Below, piece by piece: positions 20,387-30,348 of a stretch of DNA of 64,000 bases. Each line of letters begins with the position of its first letter. The first letter of the stretch is position 1. Both the position numbers and the translations under genes were made by a program. The stretch comes from a virus: the IMG/VR virus record IMGVR_UViG_3300045988_057025. One strand, given 5' to 3'. The notes below the pieces were generated by a model that was not told where the DNA came from, did not search any database, and was given only the letters and a program-made list of their open reading frames with translations.

Positions 20387-21008
20387 AATAAATAAAAAAT
20401 TTTAAACATAAATCATTAACATATAATCTAGAACTATTTTTCTGTATCTAATCAGTATCGTTTCCCTTACTGATGTAATCAATTATACTTCGTAATTTAG
20501 GGAAACCCTAATCTTTAAATGTTAATTTTATGTTAAAGGGTGTTAAATTGACCCTAGTCACACACCTTATGCTAAACAATAAAATTTCCGACTTTTGTCT
20601 TTTTATTAGTTAAAGCATTCTTTATATCCTATATCGGAAAACCTAAACTCTATGAACATTCCTATATGGAATCGTAATCCTTATAGAATACGCCCCTTGA
20701 GGTCCAGACTCTGATGTATTTTCTCTACTTGGCAATATTTTGAGACTATTCTACTAGTCTCTCTACACTATCATGAAAGTGTAAGATAATATAGTTGTTA
20801 TCTTCAAACCATTCCTTAGCTACCTAGTATTTTCTAAACATCTTATGGAGTAGCTTTTCTACCTGTTTATCTCCATCCCTTACATCTAACAATTGATATC
20901 CAAAGGCGCAGGTATTATAGCACTTCATTCTCCTCTAGACATCTTTAGCGAAGCCTATCTTCAAAAAGTTGTTGTTTCTTAATAGATATATCATAAAAAT
21001 TTTTAACA

Positions 21009-21359
21009 TTAAAATGGTACATAATTGTCTAGCAAAATTTTGAGTTGTTTGGGCATATCCTTGGGCTTTATTCCAAAGTCAAGGAAAGTATTACACCCAT
21101 ACATTAAATCCTCGCAAATGGCCCCTAGGGACTTCAGGAAGGTATTTTTTTCCACCTCCCCAAAGTCGTTACCTACTTTTAGGAGAACATCATAACAAGT
21201 TACTTTTTGACCTTTTTTCCTTAACTCATTAGTTATATAACAAGTGAGAGCAATACAAGCTAGTTTATCTCCCATATTGCTATTTAGGTAATTTAAGGTA
21301 AAGTATTTGCTATAAATTGCTGACAATTTTTCAAAGCTGATATTTTGAAGGTCGTTCAT
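21009..21359 (-). CDS. hypothetical protein
   Basis: 116 aa ORF. Confidence 0.3.
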   Translation of the reverse strand: MNDLQNISFEKLSAIYSKYFTLNYLNSNMGDKLACIALTCYITNELRKKGQKVTCYDVLLKVGNDFGEVEKNTFLKSLGAICEDLMYGCNTFLDFGIKPKDMPKQLKILLDNYVPF

Positions 21360-22380
21360 CCAGAGAATAGTCTCTATAACCTATCTGATATGCTACATAC
21401 TTCAATAGAGTTTTAAACTCATGAAATCCCTCACGTAATTCTCCATAAGTAACCGGTCTAACCTTACTATAAAAGTTTGGAATAGTAGAAACTACCAAGT
21501 AATTAGCTTGGATTTTAGGATTCTTTAGGTGATAGAACTTCTCAGCACATAGCTTCAGAAGATATAAATACATTGCAAACTCTCTACTGTAATGAAACTT
21601 CTTGATATTATTGTCGATTTCACTGACAATCTTACCAATAGTTTTTATATCATTCACTACAATAGTGTTAGTCTCCATATCTATGGTATAATTATCTAAT
21701 TTGGACTTTAAGTGCAAAATGAACTTCTTGCCGTTGGGACAAGTAGCTTCCACGTCCAATAAAATAGCTTGCTCATTTTCAGAAATAGGTGTTTTAGTTA
21801 TCCCTTCAGGATGTAAAAGTTTCTGTACTTGCTTATTGCTATTTAATGCAGCCACACAAGATTTTACGATTTCTAGTGACTTATTATCAAGGTATATAAT
21901 TTCCTTATCCTGAGCCAAATCAAATTCTTTAAGCTGTCTATTCTTCCAATAATTGGTAGATGCTTCAATAACAGACTTAGCTAGGTCTTTGGTAAGTTTT
22001 CCTTTGTAATATTCAACTTTATCTGAAGCAGCCTTCACATCATCAAATTTTACATCTCCCTTAAGGAAAACTGGATAAAGCTCATTAGCCATCGCTCCCA
22101 ACTTAGCAGTCGGTTTACCAATGTCTTCTGAAAGCTCAAAACTATCTGGCTGTAACACGAGTTCGTGTACGGCACTACCAAGCTCAAGTGCAGAAGAGAA
22201 AGTATTTTTAAATCCAGTAAAAAATTTATCCGGATTTCCATCTTGCCTAGGATTAATTAATCCTAAACGAGAATTACTTACATATCCACTATATTGCTCG
22301 GAAAAATACACCTTATCACTTATCTTCTCTAACCTTAGCGTGTCTAGCAGAGGTCTAAGCTTGATGTCTTTTAATTCCAT
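21331..22380 (-). CDS. hypothetical protein (possible PD-(D/E)XK-like nuclease)
   Basis: 349 aa; weak D..E.K pattern (LDVEATCPNGKKFILHLKSK). Confidence 0.25.
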   Translation of the reverse strand: MELKDIKLRPLLDTLRLEKISDKVYFSEQYSGYVSNSRLGLINPRQDGNPDKFFTGFKNTFSSALELGSAVHELVLQPDSFELSEDIGKPTAKLGAMANELYPVFLKGDVKFDDVKAASDKVEYYKGKLTKDLAKSVIEASTNYWKNRQLKEFDLAQDKEIIYLDNKSLEIVKSCVAALNSNKQVQKLLHPEGITKTPISENEQAILLDVEATCPNGKKFILHLKSKLDNYTIDMETNTIVVNDIKTIGKIVSEIDNNIKKFHYSREFAMYLYLLKLCAEKFYHLKNPKIQANYLVVSTIPNFYSKVRPVTYGELREGFHEFKTLLKYVAYQIGYRDYSLDERPSKYQL

Positions 22381-22889
22381 CCTAAAGTCTCTAATTCTAA
22401 TTCATATGCAAATCTAATTTCGTTAATATCTAAACTATAAATGCGAAATAATGGGTCTCCATTCTGATTATGAGGTCTGTCAATTAACAGGGCTGGAAGA
22501 CCAGAATTGATAGCCATTTGTACATTACTAATACTATCATCAATTAATACATCGCATTTGCCTTTTATCAAGTCAGCCTTATTTCCATGCTGATAATACA
22601 TTTGATAAATAGGTCTTATTGGTAAATTGTATTTAGCTAGACAATTCCTAGTATAAACCTTACTGTTTATTCTCTTTGTGGCATAAATATATGGTTCAAA
22701 ATTTGGTTTCTCTAGCAAGGGTAAATTTTCCCAAAACTCCTTATTATAGCGAAGACTTACTACGTTCCGTGTAATTACGTGTTCAACTAAATCAGATTCC
22801 CTTGGAAATAGAGCCTTGTAAGCTCCCCAAAAGTCAAAGATAGTATCATCCAAGTCTAGTGCTATTCTCAATGGATTACATAAATTCAT
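22371..22889 (-). CDS. HAD-family 5'(3')-deoxyribonucleotidase-like protein
   Basis: 172 aa; motif I LDLDDTIFDF. Confidence 0.5.
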   Translation of the reverse strand: MNLCNPLRIALDLDDTIFDFWGAYKALFPRESDLVEHVITRNVVSLRYNKEFWENLPLLEKPNFEPYIYATKRINSKVYTRNCLAKYNLPIRPIYQMYYQHGNKADLIKGKCDVLIDDSISNVQMAINSGLPALLIDRPHNQNGDPLFRIYSLDINEIRFAYELELETLGWN

Positions 22890-23097
22890 TTATCTCAGAT
22901 ACTTCTCCTAAATATATCCCATGTTTATCGGCAAGTTCTTCGCAGAAATCATCATAATCCAGAAGATCATCTAAATCGTCGTACTTATTTATATACATAC
23001 TCTTTATTTTTTCTTCACAATCCTCGTAGCTTCTAGCTACCACTTTACCAATTCTACAGACTTCATCTGTATGCCATGGAAATAAATATGTGTTCAT
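22876..23097 (-). CDS. hypothetical protein
   Basis: 73 aa ORF. Confidence 0.3.
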   Translation of the reverse strand: MNTYLFPWHTDEVCRIGKVVARSYEDCEEKIKSMYINKYDDLDDLLDYDDFCEELADKHGIYLGEVSEINEFM

Positions 23098-23342
23098 AAC
23101 TCGATTACTTCAATAACATTTAATCGCTTCTTAATTAAAAGTTCAAGGTCTTCTCTATCCACGTAGACAAAGTGACTCTTTTTCAAATCAGATAATGTAG
23201 AGTCAAATTCTAGAGAAAATGCTTCCTCAGTTCTCCAATTCTTCTTAGCTGTCCTCAAATAGAGGGCATACTCGTCATCAAAGTCATTAACTACACAGTT
23301 CTTAATCGTAGGAATTGGACCTTTAACTATTAACTTTTTCAT
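23094..23342 (-). CDS. hypothetical protein
   Basis: 82 aa ORF. Confidence 0.3.
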   Translation of the reverse strand: MKKLIVKGPIPTIKNCVVNDFDDEYALYLRTAKKNWRTEEAFSLEFDSTLSDLKKSHFVYVDREDLELLIKKRLNVIEVIEL

Positions 23343-23888
23343 TTCTTAAGCAATTCATAAAAATATTCTATAGGTATTACAGCTACTTGACCCACGCTAG
23401 GTGCCCCGTTCTTTCCTGCCTTCTTCCAACATATACAGAACGGTTTAGATTTATCACTACAAGCGTCCCTAATGTCAAAATAGTTTGGCATATTTTGGGT
23501 AAACTTGGCTTGGATATTAACTGGAAGTTCATTGTTCATATCAACAATATCTATTTTGTCAGCATCAGCCAGTTTGTTCTGGCTTCTACTAGATACACAT
23601 CCTTCATATCCAACATCTCTCAATTTATGAATTATTTCTAACTCATATTGAGAACCTTTTTGTTTACTTTTCTTCGCTTGCTTACTTCTTCTAACTGCAG
23701 GATCTGCCCATTCAAAGGTAATTCCATCTTTCGATTTAGCTCCAGAGCCAGGTTTATTAGCCCTAGCTTTAATAGAGTTTATCTCTAAGCCAGTTACTTC
23801 TGAGGCTTCTTCTATAGTTTCGAAGGTTTTCTTTTCTCCATTTTTAAATGTAGCTGTAACACTTGTATTAGTCTACTTTTTCATTCCG
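23339..23888 (-). pseudogene. homing-endonuclease-like DNA-binding protein (NUMOD1/I-TevI-type HTH) with in-frame TAG at codon 4
   Basis: frame opens ATG AAA AAG TAG then stays open 540 nt; FKNGEKKTFETIEEASEVTGLEINSIKARANKPGSGAKSKDGITFEWA resembles homing-endonuclease C-terminal HTH; ORF table calls only the distal 94 aa from a TTG. Confidence 0.4.
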
Positions 23889-23934
23889 TTTATTCTATTT
23901 ATTTTTTCATTAACTTTACATCTCTAGGGTTTCT

Positions 23935-24129
23935 CTAGTCAATAACGAGTTGCTCATTTATAAAGTCCAATAAGTCTTGTGTATTTACACACGCTCCGGC
24001 TGGAAGCTCACACCTATATACTGTCTGTCTAGGAAATTTGGATATTAGTGCTTCTTCGTCTCCAGAAATAAAGTTTTCTCCAGTATCATTAATTACTACG
24101 TAAAATACCATTTCTTTTAAATTTGTCAA
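23935..24129 (-). CDS. hypothetical protein
   Basis: 64 aa ORF. Confidence 0.25.
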   Translation of the reverse strand: MTNLKEMVFYVVINDTGENFISGDEEALISKFPRQTVYRCELPAGACVNTQDLLDFINEQLVID

Positions 24130-25108
24130 TAGTTAACTTAATCAACTCCTGAGTAGCTTTTCTTCCATAGTCCCTATAGTAATCACTTATATCCTTAGCT
24201 CCTGTGTTTCTGGGAATCATTGATACGATTAATTCTGGATGTTGTTTCCTAATCTTATTAGTAAAACGAACTCCAGTTAGGTCATTATCATATAGCAACA
24301 CAATGTATTTGAATCTCTGCTTTAATTCTTCTAAAACTTTGTCAGAAACAAACTGAGTCTCAGAGTTGGGAGCTATAGCTGGTATTCCTAAAGAATATAA
24401 ACACATTACATCTTTCATAGACTTAGTTATTACTACCAGTTTTCCAGTCTTAGCTAATTGTTTATAGCCTTGAATAGTCTTAGTAGAAACATTACCTATG
24501 AATCTAAACTCCTTTCGTTTTGGCATATAAATACGCCATTGCTCGATGTTCTCTTTCTTCCCAAAATAATATCCATAGATAGGACTATGTTGGGCAGACT
24601 GTGCATATATATTTCCATTTAAGAATACAGTACTACAACTGTATACCTTAAACCTATGTAGAATATCTTTAGTAATACCAAAGCTTCCCCACCACTTCAA
24701 CTCAGGTTCTGAGAACTCCTTAGCTTCTATTTGGATGAAGGTTTGTTTTTCTTCCTCAAATTTCGGCTGGATTTTTACTGCAATCTTCTTTACAGGAGAA
24801 TCCTTAGTATATCCAAAGTCCTTAGCTATAATCTTTAAAGCAGTGTGATAGTTACAATTATACTTTTCCATAACTACCCCTTCGAATGTCAAACATTTTC
24901 CGGAAGCAAAGTCCTTAAAATATAAGTTTCCAGATTTTCCTCTAAAAAAGCTGCAGGTGACATGACTGTCACTACGCAAAGGAGACTTGAACAGTCCTTT
25001 CTTAACTGGAATACCCAGATAATAAGTCATGTAAGTCTCCTCATTGTTCTTAGATAGAAGAAATTCCTTAGTAATTTTGGGTTCAAAAGTATAATCAAAC
25101 ATAGTCAC
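24089..25108 (-). CDS. DNA primase (TOPRIM domain)
   Basis: 339 aa; TOPRIM segment VVITKSMKDVMCLYSLGIPAIA ... YIVLLYDNDLTG. Confidence 0.6.
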   Translation of the reverse strand: MTMFDYTFEPKITKEFLLSKNNEETYMTYYLGIPVKKGLFKSPLRSDSHVTCSFFRGKSGNLYFKDFASGKCLTFEGVVMEKYNCNYHTALKIIAKDFGYTKDSPVKKIAVKIQPKFEEEKQTFIQIEAKEFSEPELKWWGSFGITKDILHRFKVYSCSTVFLNGNIYAQSAQHSPIYGYYFGKKENIEQWRIYMPKRKEFRFIGNVSTKTIQGYKQLAKTGKLVVITKSMKDVMCLYSLGIPAIAPNSETQFVSDKVLEELKQRFKYIVLLYDNDLTGVRFTNKIRKQHPELIVSMIPRNTGAKDISDYYRDYGRKATQELIKLTIDKFKRNGILRSN

Positions 25109-25142
25109 TAAGGAATTTATGAATTACTCTACTAACAAATCA

Positions 25143-25838
25143 TTATAGCAAGTTGTCAAGATCGAAGTCATTTCCTGGTGCAGCATCTACACCGGCAACA
25201 TCTGCAATCGGGTCTTCTGACTTCATTTCGGTAGGCTTAGCTTTCAGATACTTCTGACGTTCTCCCTCCTCATAGTCAGAGAAGAACAGCTTGTCACCAA
25301 TATAGTTATCAGAGATGAACGACTCACCTTGTTTGTTAATACCTACGATACGAGGTATATCAGCAACTACTTTACCATCACGGTTTCTACCAATCAACTT
25401 CAACTTAGTCTCTGTACCTTTAACTTTTTCAGTTATAGTAATCAGAGCCTTAGCTACATCATCGAAGCTCTTAAATTTAGAGCTAGCTGCTTGCATCTTT
25501 TCAAATCCTGCAGGATTGAGAACCTGTGCAGTCTGCTTAACTACAGCCATCAAAGTCTCGAAGTTGGAAGGCATGATAACCTTTCCACCATTCTTACTAT
25601 CAAACTCACGTCTCTCATCATCGCCAGCTTTAGGGAAGAATTGGGTTACAGAGAAGTAACCCTCTTCGTTCTCAAAGTTGATTGCTAGAACTTTATAATG
25701 AGCCGTTGGATCCTTTTTACCATCAAATTCTTTGATTTCACATCCCATGAATTTTACATCATGGATGTTCCAAGGAGTTAAAGGACGACGTGTGTTTCTT
25801 ACTGCTGAGTCTGCTGATATACCAAAATTAAATGCCAT
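25143..25838 (-). CDS. putative single-stranded DNA-binding protein
   Basis: 231 aa; acidic C-terminal tail GNDFDLDNLL typical of SSB; lies between primase and Sak4-like gene. Confidence 0.4.
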   Translation of the reverse strand: MAFNFGISADSAVRNTRRPLTPWNIHDVKFMGCEIKEFDGKKDPTAHYKVLAINFENEEGYFSVTQFFPKAGDDERREFDSKNGGKVIMPSNFETLMAVVKQTAQVLNPAGFEKMQAASSKFKSFDDVAKALITITEKVKGTETKLKLIGRNRDGKVVADIPRIVGINKQGESFISDNYIGDKLFFSDYEEGERQKYLKAKPTEMKSEDPIADVAGVDAAPGNDFDLDNLL

Positions 25839-25840
25839 AA

Positions 25841-26422
25841 TTAATTCAAATTAAAATCAAATTTTTCTAAGTCTTTGTCATCTTCGTCTATGTTTATATT
25901 ATCTAATGATTCTATATCGAGTTCATTCTCAATATCAATTATCTCATCAGGTACAGAGTTTTCTTCCTGTATCTTATCTCCTACTAGATAATAAATTCCT
26001 TTATCCTCTGTAGGCTCTAGTTTAAAGGTAGTACCATAAGCTGAGAGCTTTTCATTAGCTGCACCTCTATAACTTACAGTATTACTCTTTGTTAACTTGT
26101 TTCCACTTTTAGTTCCAAAAGCGGCATCAGTTCCAATAATAGGAACTGCTTTCTTATCCTTCTTCTTATACTTGATGTCTACTCGACAATCTGCACAAAC
26201 CTGTAATAGGTCTACAGCTCCCTGAGTTAATATTAACTTGTTGGAATCAAGCGTAATAATAGGATCTGGATTAGCATCTACCTTGGCTGCAGAAGCCTTA
26301 GTAGATGTCTTGGTAGCACTTTTCGTTGCCTTAGTGTCAACAGAAATTTCTTCTTTCCCAATATAGGTGATTTCACCAGTTTGTTCATTCACCTCGTAGT
26401 GAAACAGTATGTCTAACTTCAT
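25841..26422 (-). CDS. hypothetical protein
   Basis: 193 aa ORF, acidic C-terminus. Confidence 0.3.
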   Translation of the reverse strand: MKLDILFHYEVNEQTGEITYIGKEEISVDTKATKSATKTSTKASAAKVDANPDPIITLDSNKLILTQGAVDLLQVCADCRVDIKYKKKDKKAVPIIGTDAAFGTKSGNKLTKSNTVSYRGAANEKLSAYGTTFKLEPTEDKGIYYLVGDKIQEENSVPDEIIDIENELDIESLDNINIDEDDKDLEKFDFNLN

Positions 26423-27117
26423 TACTCTCCTTCATTATAAGCGTCAATAACATGGATAATCTCATTCAAATCATTGTCAATCTCTAGGTCTTCAAACATA
26501 CCAAAGGATGTCTTAGCCACACAAGTACCATCATTATTAGTGATTAACTTGTACTCCATTCTACCAGAATCTCCCTCACTTACCTTAGTGAAGAAAATAT
26601 AAGTAAACAGACCTTCCAGTGTTACCTTTTCAGACAACAACTTTCCAACAGTTTTAATGACAAACTTAGGATTTACATTGTCTCCAACATTCTCCGAGTG
26701 TGTCAAGAAGATCATCTTACAATCCTCTCTCATCTTTTCTGAATATCTCAGAATTTCCATAGCGTGTTGAGCTAGCTCACTAAATTTGGTATAACCAACT
26801 TCTGTTGCTCTATCAACGAACTCATAAGAGAGAACATATTGGAAGTCATCGATAATTACCTGTTTAATTTGAGGCATCATCTTGTCAATAATTTGAAGAA
26901 TTTTCAGAATTTGATCCCATTTGGAACTAACGTAATAGTTACCACTTACGTTCTTTCCCTCTATTTTAATAGGGATATACTTCTTTTTCCATGCTCTAAA
27001 GGGGAGCGGTTTACCCGTAGTACTTATAATAAAAGTCTCTTCGGGATTAAGATTTCTTAAACTTGTACTCTTTCCAGTACCTGATTCACCTACGATAGCA
27101 ATTGTTTCAGCAGCCAT
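26422..27117 (-). CDS. Sak4-like AAA/RecA-fold ATPase
   Basis: 231 aa; Walker A IAIVGESGTGKST at N-terminus; size and context typical of phage Sak4. Confidence 0.55.
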   Translation of the reverse strand: MAAETIAIVGESGTGKSTSLRNLNPEETFIISTTGKPLPFRAWKKKYIPIKIEGKNVSGNYYVSSKWDQILKILQIIDKMMPQIKQVIIDDFQYVLSYEFVDRATEVGYTKFSELAQHAMEILRYSEKMREDCKMIFLTHSENVGDNVNPKFVIKTVGKLLSEKVTLEGLFTYIFFTKVSEGDSGRMEYKLITNNDGTCVAKTSFGMFEDLEIDNDLNEIIHVIDAYNEGE

Positions 27118-28211
27118 TATTCTAATGCAAAATTAAAGTTTTCATTTGAATCATCTAATTCTGTAATATCATCTAGCTCCTGTTCTACTATAGAACTATT
27201 ATCTTCTAGTATATAATTTGGGTTTGTATACCTTTCATAATCATAAATTTCATCGGGCTTTGGAAGCTCGTGGAACATATTAATCCAACCAAAGAAGTTT
27301 ACTCCAACCTCAACATCACAATCACCATATCGGTTCTTAAGTACCATTATACTTCTAAAATAAGAATTTAGATACTCAATATTATAATGTTTATAAGTTT
27401 TCAATCCATCCCTGTGCGGATTATACAATGCAATCATGATATTACAATCCTGCACAGTATTACCAGAGTCTTTAGCATCATGAATAGTAAACGCACTCTT
27501 TCCCTGCTTAAACCTTTCAATATTTCCTTGCTCTCTATTAGCTTGCTGTATTACTACAGGACTAACACCACACTTATCTCTAAAGAAGAGAAGATAGCTA
27601 GAAAGTAAGTCTATGTCAGGTTTAGTACCAACTAGACCAATATGGTCTACTACGATATTATAGATAAGATTAGGATTATTAGGCTTATATAGGAGTCTCG
27701 TCTCACTTTCAGAAAAAGTTCCCATTTCTTCTAACCTAGTTTTCAAGATAGCATACACCTTTTTTGGAGATACTTTCTTGTCATAGATTTCCAGCTTTTT
27801 ACTAATCTTATCTACCCAGGGCATACATTGCTTAACTAGGTCATAATGTTCCTCTGACAAAATATATTCCTTTTCTCTTGAAAGAATCTTCTTAAAAGAT
27901 AATTGTATTCCATACGTTTCGAAGATGTATATGGATAATAGCTTAATATATAAGGCTACTTCTCCCATCTCTAGACTAAAATATAATACCTTAAAATCAT
28001 CATCATCAAGATGTTCCATTAGTGGTCTATAAACATAAGCATAAAGGGCAAATGAAGTTTTACCTGCACCAGAGTTAGATAGAATCAGTGTGTAGGTTTC
28101 CCTAGTAACTCCATCAATAATACTCTCTAGTTTAGGAAGCTTCATAGATATACCATGATTTAACCCCAATCTACCTCTATCAATTTCATAAAGAAGTTTC
28201 TCAGAAATCAT
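27117..28211 (-). CDS. DnaB-like replicative helicase (C-terminal RecA-like domain)
   Basis: 364 aa; Walker A LILSNSGAGKTSFAL, Walker B VVDHIG. Confidence 0.65.
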   Translation of the reverse strand: MISEKLLYEIDRGRLGLNHGISMKLPKLESIIDGVTRETYTLILSNSGAGKTSFALYAYVYRPLMEHLDDDDFKVLYFSLEMGEVALYIKLLSIYIFETYGIQLSFKKILSREKEYILSEEHYDLVKQCMPWVDKISKKLEIYDKKVSPKKVYAILKTRLEEMGTFSESETRLLYKPNNPNLIYNIVVDHIGLVGTKPDIDLLSSYLLFFRDKCGVSPVVIQQANREQGNIERFKQGKSAFTIHDAKDSGNTVQDCNIMIALYNPHRDGLKTYKHYNIEYLNSYFRSIMVLKNRYGDCDVEVGVNFFGWINMFHELPKPDEIYDYERYTNPNYILEDNSSIVEQELDDITELDDSNENFNFALE

Positions 28212-28813
28212 AGTAATCTCATGGAATCATAATTAACTCCGCCTTCATCTTTTAGTGCTTCAAGTTCTTCCCACTTATGGTCTATTACAAAGTTAGCGAT
28301 AGTGGTACATAGAATATTATGCTCTCTAGCCCACTTTACTAGCTCTATAATTTGATTATGAATTTCTGGCTTCCATCTGATGGTCCTACCATAAAACCTA
28401 TAGAAGTCTTCGATGGTATCAAATTTCTTAGACACGCTTCTAAGACCCACTTGTGAATTATTAACTATCCCGAATTGAGGATAGGTATCCCATAATTCCT
28501 TACCTAGCTCAAATGAGCATTTGTAGAAATCTTTAACCACATTTTTGTTTAGTGGAATATCTAAGGGATTAAATACACTTCCTTTTTCAGGAATTTTATA
28601 GGATTTATGAATAATTCCAGCATTGCGAAGCCCAGTTAATAGTTCTATTGTAAAACCACGAGCACATACTCTAGAGGAGAAATACTCATGGACAATTTCT
28701 GGTTCGTCGCCTTCTTGGGCAATAAGAATAATTTCTAACAACAACAACTCGCTCGGATTTATACTATATTTCTCACAAAACAGAAGCTGTTGTTTCAATT
28801 CAAGATTTCTCAC
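28208..28813 (-). CDS. hypothetical protein
   Basis: 201 aa ORF. Confidence 0.3.
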   Translation of the reverse strand: MRNLELKQQLLFCEKYSINPSELLLLEIILIAQEGDEPEIVHEYFSSRVCARGFTIELLTGLRNAGIIHKSYKIPEKGSVFNPLDIPLNKNVVKDFYKCSFELGKELWDTYPQFGIVNNSQVGLRSVSKKFDTIEDFYRFYGRTIRWKPEIHNQIIELVKWAREHNILCTTIANFVIDHKWEELEALKDEGGVNYDSMRLL

Positions 28814-29070
28814 GTGTACAAATTAATAGATTTTCTACTAATCTATACACTAAGTCTAGTTTACCTGTTAAGGTGTTAAAACTTAGTTACGTGATAAACT
28901 TTAGTCCTCAACTTTCTCGTTGGCGGTTTCAAGAAGTACTGCATAATCCTTCTTTAATTCCTTCAACTCAGATGTCAGTTTACTAACTTTAGCTTCTAGC
29001 GACTTACATTTCTTAGTAAGTGCAGATTTCATCTCATTATACTCTTTCTTAGTGTAATAAGTTTCCATAA

Positions 29071-30348
29071 TTAAAAACGATAAGTAAAATTTTGTATTTT
29101 TTTCTTATAAGGCTCATAGGGTTCTCCCCTTAGAACTTTCATAAGATTCTCTTCATCAATAGTTATATAATTCACTCCTTCATGTGACTTCTTGTACCAT
29201 TCACACTCTACAGTGTTTTCAATAACAATTGTGAACATTTCAGCATACTTAGTAGGTTCTTCCTTACGTATTACCCTACCAGTTCTCTGCTTACTCTTTA
29301 TAGGACTGGAATCTAGACCAAGAACAATACCAACAGATAAACCCTTACAGTCCAAACCCTCATTAGCTAGCTGGACGCTATTAAGCACTCCAGAGCTAAG
29401 TGTGGAAAATTCCTCTATAGTTATTCTGTTTTTCTTTTTACTCTCTCTTCCAGTATAAACGTATCCTATACCTATGCTTTCAGCCATTTTCACATTAGCT
29501 GAAAAGGTAATGATTTTCTTATCGGACCTATACTTGATTATCTCCTTGGCTATTTCTAGCTTCTTAGCATGATTGTATATGAACTTTTTCCTACTCTGCA
29601 AAGCTCTCATAAATGCCGTAGCATGAAAAGTAATTTCTTTGAAAACTTCTTTCCTATCCAGCTTGCTGTTTCGGTTACATAGTTCGTCCCTATACTTAGC
29701 CCTATTGACAAATCCGTTTTGACCTAACATACTCATAACTAAGTCAAAATCAAAGTTAAAATATTCAAAATGTTGAACAAACTCCTTGTTATATTTTCTA
29801 TACAAGTCTATGTCGTCCACCGTTATTATAACTTGATATTCTGAAAAGTTTGATACCCAACCATTGGCTTTGGCTACTTCTATAGAAATATTATCAATCT
29901 CTGGACAGTATTTTTCTATGATACTGTGCTTTCCATCGAGTCTCTCTATAGTAGCAGTTAAGCCAAGAATAAGTTTATATTTTACCTTAGTAAATACTGA
30001 AGAGAAAGTATCAGCAGGACATCTGTGAATTTCATCCAGAATTAGAAGGTCACAATCATACCCGTTCTTTGCCATGGAATTAATAATTCCAACTTCGACA
30101 TTCAATCCATATCCCAAACTGTCTAGGATTCCAGACCATTGTTCTTGCAAAGTAGAATTTGGAACGACTACTAATACCTTGATAGAAGGATACTTAGAAA
30201 TAAGTTTTCCTATAATAATAGTAGCAACCCTAGTCTTTCCATACCCAGTACAAGCAACTATTGTACCTCTTCCTTTGGACTTAATCCACTTTTTGACGGA
30301 CTCCTCCTGCCGCTCATCACGAGTGACAGGAGTAAAAAGGTCCTTCAT
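29071..30348 (-). CDS. SF2 DEAD/DEAH-like helicase
   Basis: 425 aa; motif I GTIVACTGYGKT, motif II LILDEIHR, motif VI QRTGRVIR. Confidence 0.6.
   Translation of the reverse strand: MKDLFTPVTRDERQEESVKKWIKSKGRGTIVACTGYGKTRVATIIIGKLISKYPSIKVLVVVPNSTLQEQWSGILDSLGYGLNVEVGIINSMAKNGYDCDLLILDEIHRCPADTFSSVFTKVKYKLILGLTATIERLDGKHSIIEKYCPEIDNISIEVAKANGWVSNFSEYQVIITVDDIDLYRKYNKEFVQHFEYFNFDFDLVMSMLGQNGFVNRAKYRDELCNRNSKLDRKEVFKEITFHATAFMRALQSRKKFIYNHAKKLEIAKEIIKYRSDKKIITFSANVKMAESIGIGYVYTGRESKKKNRITIEEFSTLSSGVLNSVQLANEGLDCKGLSVGIVLGLDSSPIKSKQRTGRVIRKEEPTKYAEMFTIVIENTVECEWYKKSHEGVNYITIDEENLMKVLRGEPYEPYKKKIQNFTYRF

Noticed and set aside
25315-25688. Plus-strand ORFs of 114 and 119 aa, and similar plus-strand ORFs throughout (4362, 5917, 7304, 8185, 8418, 10415, 11573, 12252, 12743, 13278, 13911, 17217, 18985, 21701, 22121, 23387, 26839, 27387, 28623, 29192, 30074, 30877, 31637, 32326, 32391, 38607, 39346, 42323, 42998, 43841, 44200-45963, 55040, 55170, 55681, 56235, 57875, 58307, 59895, 63057)
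   Set aside because: All are antisense shadows inside well-supported minus-strand genes or tRNAs. The window is transcribed in one direction.
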